Positions 60,594 to 64,000 of a stretch of 64,000 nt of DNA are shown piece by piece (positions within the stretch are counted from its first letter, which is position 1; each line of letters opens with the position of its first letter). The notes under the pieces were generated by a model. That model was not told the DNA's origin, did not search any database, and saw nothing but the letters and a program-made list of their open reading frames with translations. The translations under genes were made by a program, and so were the position numbers. The DNA is from Candidatus Poribacteria bacterium (GTDB lineage: Bacteria; Poribacteria; WGA-4E; WGA-3G), in contig JAJEJA010000121.1 in assembly GCA_022828145.1 (NCBI GenBank), positions 1,968-65,967 on the forward strand, written 5' to 3'.

Positions 60594-61715
60594 AAACCGA
60601 TTGTGTCGCAAATTTTCATAGAAAATCCATGAATCTGGATTTATGCTGGGGGCAAATATACCAAACAGTGTGTCGGTCGCACAGAGAAAACTCTTGAGTG
60701 GTTCATGACTATACGCATCATTGTCAGAACTTGTGATATATTTGCATTCTGCTATAGTGATATAGTTTCCTTTTTTGTCACATAGCACGAAGTCAGCCCT
60801 GCTATGGAGCGTACCTATCTGAATTCCCCACTCTCTGATAATGGAAAATTCCGAGAATTTAGATTCGGAGAGATAAGCAAAAGTAACTTCTACGATATCA
60901 AGCTCCTTTAGTCGTTCCTCTATAACAAAACTGAAATCATCTTCTCCCTGTTTTTCTGCCAGTTTCAAGGCATACTGGAGATCTGTCTTTGCCCCCTTAA
61001 TATCATTAAGTCCGGACTTTGCTTCACCACGACATGTGTGGATACTGGCATAATCCGGGTTTATAGAAATTGCCAAGTCGAATGCAGAAATAGCTTGATC
61101 TGACTGACCACCAGTCCAAAGGAGACAACCGATGGAAAATAATACGTTGACGAAATCTGTTTTTGTCTGTCCTGATAGAGGGGCAGGTACATCGCTATTG
61201 TTGCCATTAGTTTCAACAGATGCCTTTTTTGTTAGTTCGGGAAAGAGAGTATTTAGTTTTTGAAAATGCTGATCCTCATAAGCTTTAATTAGTTTACCTA
61301 TCAATGTCATTGTTGCGGTTAAAGGGTGCTTTTCGTCTTCACCCACACTACATATTAAATCATCCAGGAATTCTAAAAGTTGATAATACTCGGCTTCTGT
61401 TACTACAACCTGACTAAGATCTTCATTACGATTTACGATACTTGTGAACAGTTCCAGCAACCGTATTAACCACTGTGTTATAGTTGCGGGGTAAGGTGCC
61501 ATATTGACAAATCCTTTTGTGTAAGGTAATTCGGCGTAAGGAAAAAATTCACGTAACTCATTTACCGACTTGAAATTTCTTTCTCGTATCAGATTGAGCC
61601 ATCGTATAATGCTTGGTCTGGAGGTTGAATGTCTAACTGCAAATTCAGTGAGTTTATGTTCAGCAATAATCTGCATTGTTAACTTGTCTAACAAGGGAAT
61701 CGTTAGAATAACCAA
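60426..61715 (-). CDS. Hypothetical 429-aa ORF with a TPR-like segment and a PD-(D/E)xK-like motif (ADFVLCD...IAECK). Its last about 55 aa are the fused N-terminal part of the disrupted killer toxin.
   Basis: ORF as in the six-frame track. TPR-like [41 protein letters not shown]. The D...E.K spacing is suggestive of a restriction-endonuclease-like fold. Speculative. Confidence 0.4.
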   Translation of the reverse strand: MVILTIPLLDKLTMQIIAEHKLTEFAVRHSTSRPSIIRWLNLIRERNFKSVNELREFFPYAELPYTKGFVNMAPYPATITQWLIRLLELFTSIVNRNEDLSQVVVTEAEYYQLLEFLDDLICSVGEDEKHPLTATMTLIGKLIKAYEDQHFQKLNTLFPELTKKASVETNGNNSDVPAPLSGQTKTDFVNVLFSIGCLLWTGGQSDQAISAFDLAISINPDYASIHTCRGEAKSGLNDIKGAKTDLQYALKLAEKQGEDDFSFVIEERLKELDIVEVTFAYLSESKFSEFSIIREWGIQIGTLHSRADFVLCDKKGNYITIAECKYITSSDNDAYSHEPLKSFLCATDTLFGIFAPSINPDSWIFYENLRHNRFRQIKRSDFEEQVCEFRVERRLKRLEDGNFGDCQSVGEGVFELRLHFEPGYRIYFG

Positions 61716-62088
61716 CTACTACCCAGAAGACGATATCACAAGTAAATTTGATTATTCTGATAGGAGCGATTATGTAAAACTATCTATACCTCTAATTCAC
61801 TATAGCGTGAAATACTTCAGGAATTATACATCAAGTATGTAATGGAATTCAAAGAAAAATAGAATATAAATTGTAGTTTTATATGTTTTGAGTGCTTTTG
61901 AGTTGAAAGATTACGATGGTCTGTTTTGTGTTTTGGAAAACCGATTTGACAGTGCAATGAACGAAAATGAGGATTTTTATCAATTTGAAGTCATCTCATA
62001 AACAGAGAGACGATAAGATAGTTTTCTCTGATTCTCTTTGTGCTTATACTTAAGGATATTTTATTGAACAAAAGGAAAGAGGCAAATT

Positions 62089-64000
62089 TTAGATAGTAAT
62101 GGACTTTACACAACGAAATCCAGTGATGCTGTCTGTTCTTTTTGGATTGAATGGACGCCGGGAAGCGACACGTAAACCAAGATGGTTAATAACCCAAGCC
62201 CCTCCACGCGACACACGAGAACTTTCAATATTTTTAAAATTAGATATGAGGTAATCTAAACTCTTACCTGCAACAGGATTATGATAGGGTGAGGAACTAT
62301 AGAAATCACGATCATATTCATCAAGACACCACTCCCACACGTTTCCCGCCATGTCATACAAACCAAATCCGTTGGCTGGATAATTACCAACAGGAGTTGT
62401 ATCCTTAACTTGCATAAAATAATTTGCTTTACTGCGATCAATAGAATTTCCCCATGGGTATGTTTTACCTTGCAGGTTACTTCGGGCAGCTTTCTCCCAT
62501 TCTGCTTCTGTTGGAAGACGCTTACCTATCCATTCAGCATATGCCATAGCTGCATACCAACTCACATAAGTGACAGGATGATCTTCTTTCCCATTTGGGT
62601 AGTTATTCTCTACCCAATTTCGCAAGTAGTCTCCATCATGGTATTCTTCAGAGATGTAATCCTTGTGCCATTCAGGATTATCATCAACAAACTTCTTATA
62701 TTGACGATTTGTTACCTCGTGAATGTTTATGTTAAAAGCATCAATGTAAACCTTATGGATAGGTTCTTCGTCCGGATAATCTTTACTTCCCATAGAATAT
62801 TCACCCTCGGGAATCTGAATCATATCTGAAGATGTAAAAATCAAACGGTCTATTGACATCAAAAAATCACGAGAAGGACGATAGGTGGGATCAATTTCTA
62901 ACGCTTCTGTAGCAGCTTTTTGGGCATCTATTTTGTTCCCTGATCCCTGATAGGCAAGACTAAGCCCATGGAGTACTTCCTTAGAATTGGGGTTAATGTT
63001 TCTAGCTTTTTTGAACTCATCAATTGCTTTTTCATATCTATTACTGCGAAGAAAAGAAATACCTTGCTCGTAATGAGTTTTTGCATCTGAAAAACTATCC
63101 GCTTTTTTAGATGCGTTTACTGCACCAGGGGATTCGTCAACCTTATAAATATCCAGGTTTTCCTGATATTGTGTAATAGTATTTGTGGGTTGTGAGATTA
63201 CTTCTAACGGAACAAGTTGATCTATAGAGGTCGCTTGACAAAATTCTTTTAAGAAACTAACTAAAAGTTTAATCTTTGGTGACAAACCTTCTAAAACTTG
63301 GAATACACTTGAGTTTTCACAATTTTCAAAATCCGTCTTTGAAAACAACAATCCTTTTTCAGTTTTATCCTTAAACTGATCCCACAGATCTGGTTTTTCT
63401 GCTAAGCTCAAAAACGAAAGGTAAATGACTAGTTCTGAGAAATAATCAACCTTTTCATTGGCTTGTCTGCCACCTTGCATTCTCTTCGGATGTTGATATT
63501 CAGGAAGTCCAATTATTTGATCTAGTTCTTCCTGAAGTGTGGGAACGAATAAACTATCATAGTCTATTAACTTGATAATAACATCAGTCCCATTTAACTT
63601 GTTGAGAAGAATATTTCCATCTTGCAGATCTCCATGAGCGATCTTATGATCATGTAATTTGTTTACCATCTTGCGAAACTCGCTCGCGGCAGTTTCAAAG
63701 ATCTTTGAATTTCTGATATTTTGTGTTATAAACTCTCGTAGTGGAACACCTTCAGCCCATTGCATACGTGTTATAGGGTATTTCTCGCCATCTATCAAAA
63801 TGCCGCGAGGAACATAATCGAAATCTACAAAGTAGGGTAAACAAATATGTTTTAGGTAATCAGATGTTTTTTTATATCGAGTTTCAACATTCTTGACATC
63901 TTTCAACCAACACCTTAATGCAAAGGTCTTGGAAGCAGTCTTGATAGGAAAAACTATTGAAAATCCACCAGAGTAACTTATAAGAAACCCGTCTTTACCT
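62089..64000 (-). CDS. Ser/Thr protein kinase-like domain, TPR and a C-terminal formylglycine-generating-enzyme (FGE/SUMF1) domain in one fusion protein. The ORF is open to the window end, so it is 5'-truncated by the window.
   Basis: The frame is open upstream of the listed TTG start and encodes a Gly-rich loop (SGGFSIVF) and ALR (VAIK-like). Catalytic loop IAHGDLQDGNILL. TPR segment. FGE hallmarks (GNVWEWCLDEY, RVSRGGAW, GFRCV). Confidence 0.8.
   Translation of the reverse strand, partial: GKDGFLISYSGGFSIVFPIKTASKTFALRCWLKDVKNVETRYKKTSDYLKHICLPYFVDFDYVPRGILIDGEKYPITRMQWAEGVPLREFITQNIRNSKIFETAASEFRKMVNKLHDHKIAHGDLQDGNILLNKLNGTDVIIKLIDYDSLFVPTLQEELDQIIGLPEYQHPKRMQGGRQANEKVDYFSELVIYLSFLSLAEKPDLWDQFKDKTEKGLLFSKTDFENCENSSVFQVLEGLSPKIKLLVSFLKEFCQATSIDQLVPLEVISQPTNTITQYQENLDIYKVDESPGAVNASKKADSFSDAKTHYEQGISFLRSNRYEKAIDEFKKARNINPNSKEVLHGLSLAYQGSGNKIDAQKAATEALEIDPTYRPSRDFLMSIDRLIFTSSDMIQIPEGEYSMGSKDYPDEEPIHKVYIDAFNINIHEVTNRQYKKFVDDNPEWHKDYISEEYHDGDYLRNWVENNYPNGKEDHPVTYVSWYAAMAYAEWIGKRLPTEAEWEKAARSNLQGKTYPWGNSIDRSKANYFMQVKDTTPVGNYPANGFGLYDMAGNVWEWCLDEYDRDFYSSSPYHNPVAGKSLDYLISNFKNIESSRVSRGGAWVINHLGLRVASRRPFNPKRTDSITGFRCVKSITI

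Overview
This window looks like a bacterial chromosomal segment, roughly 42-45% GC, with islands of different composition and many eukaryote-like repeat proteins (WD40, TPR). That domain mix resembles lineages such as Poribacteria or Planctomycetes, but I cannot assign taxonomy from sequence alone.

The window opens with the 3' part of an IS200/IS605-family tnpB, cut off by the window start.

Positions 600-11489 hold four co-oriented genes for secreted proteins: three WD40 beta-propeller proteins and a metzincin-type zinc metalloprotease. Together they carry three cohesin-like modules and several type-I dockerin repeats. This looks like a cellulosome-like cohesin/dockerin assembly built on WD40 scaffolds rather than on glycoside hydrolases.

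Positions 22215-32316 form a second standout block, all on the minus strand. Reading in transcription order it is an SNF2/DEAH helicase with a DUF3883-like C-terminus, then an AT-rich inserted ORF of unknown function, then a DUF1156-type N6-adenine methyltransferase with a Zn-ribbon, then a DUF499-like P-loop ATPase. This trio has been predicted computationally to be a restriction-modification-like defense module. To my knowledge it has not been characterised mechanistically. It is flanked by a small possible wHTH gene, a 506-aa protein with a possible HEPN Rx5H motif, and a solo minimal nucleotidyltransferase (MNT) preceded by a palindromic operator.

Housekeeping and other genes I recognise are:
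- bioA, overlapping an unusual ferredoxin-membrane fusion gene
- a eukaryotic-type two-domain glutamine-dependent NAD+ synthetase (nadE)
- an SLT lytic transglycosylase
- a D-2-hydroxyacid dehydrogenase
- a family-5 ABC substrate-binding protein
- a beta-CASP MBL ribonuclease
- a Gfo/Idh/MocA oxidoreductase
- several TPR proteins and an FRG-domain protein
- a partial Ser/Thr kinase-TPR-FGE fusion at the window end

Other points of note:
- A HI1419/HI1420-type toxin-antitoxin pair keeps an intact antidote. Its killer gene is disrupted by an in-frame TAA and fused to an upstream ORF.
- A family of about 140-bp palindromic MITE-like repeats has three copies.
- A 1.4-kb repeat-rich non-coding region sits upstream of a near-consensus sigma70-like promoter.
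- There are several striking direct and inverted repeats in intergenic DNA.
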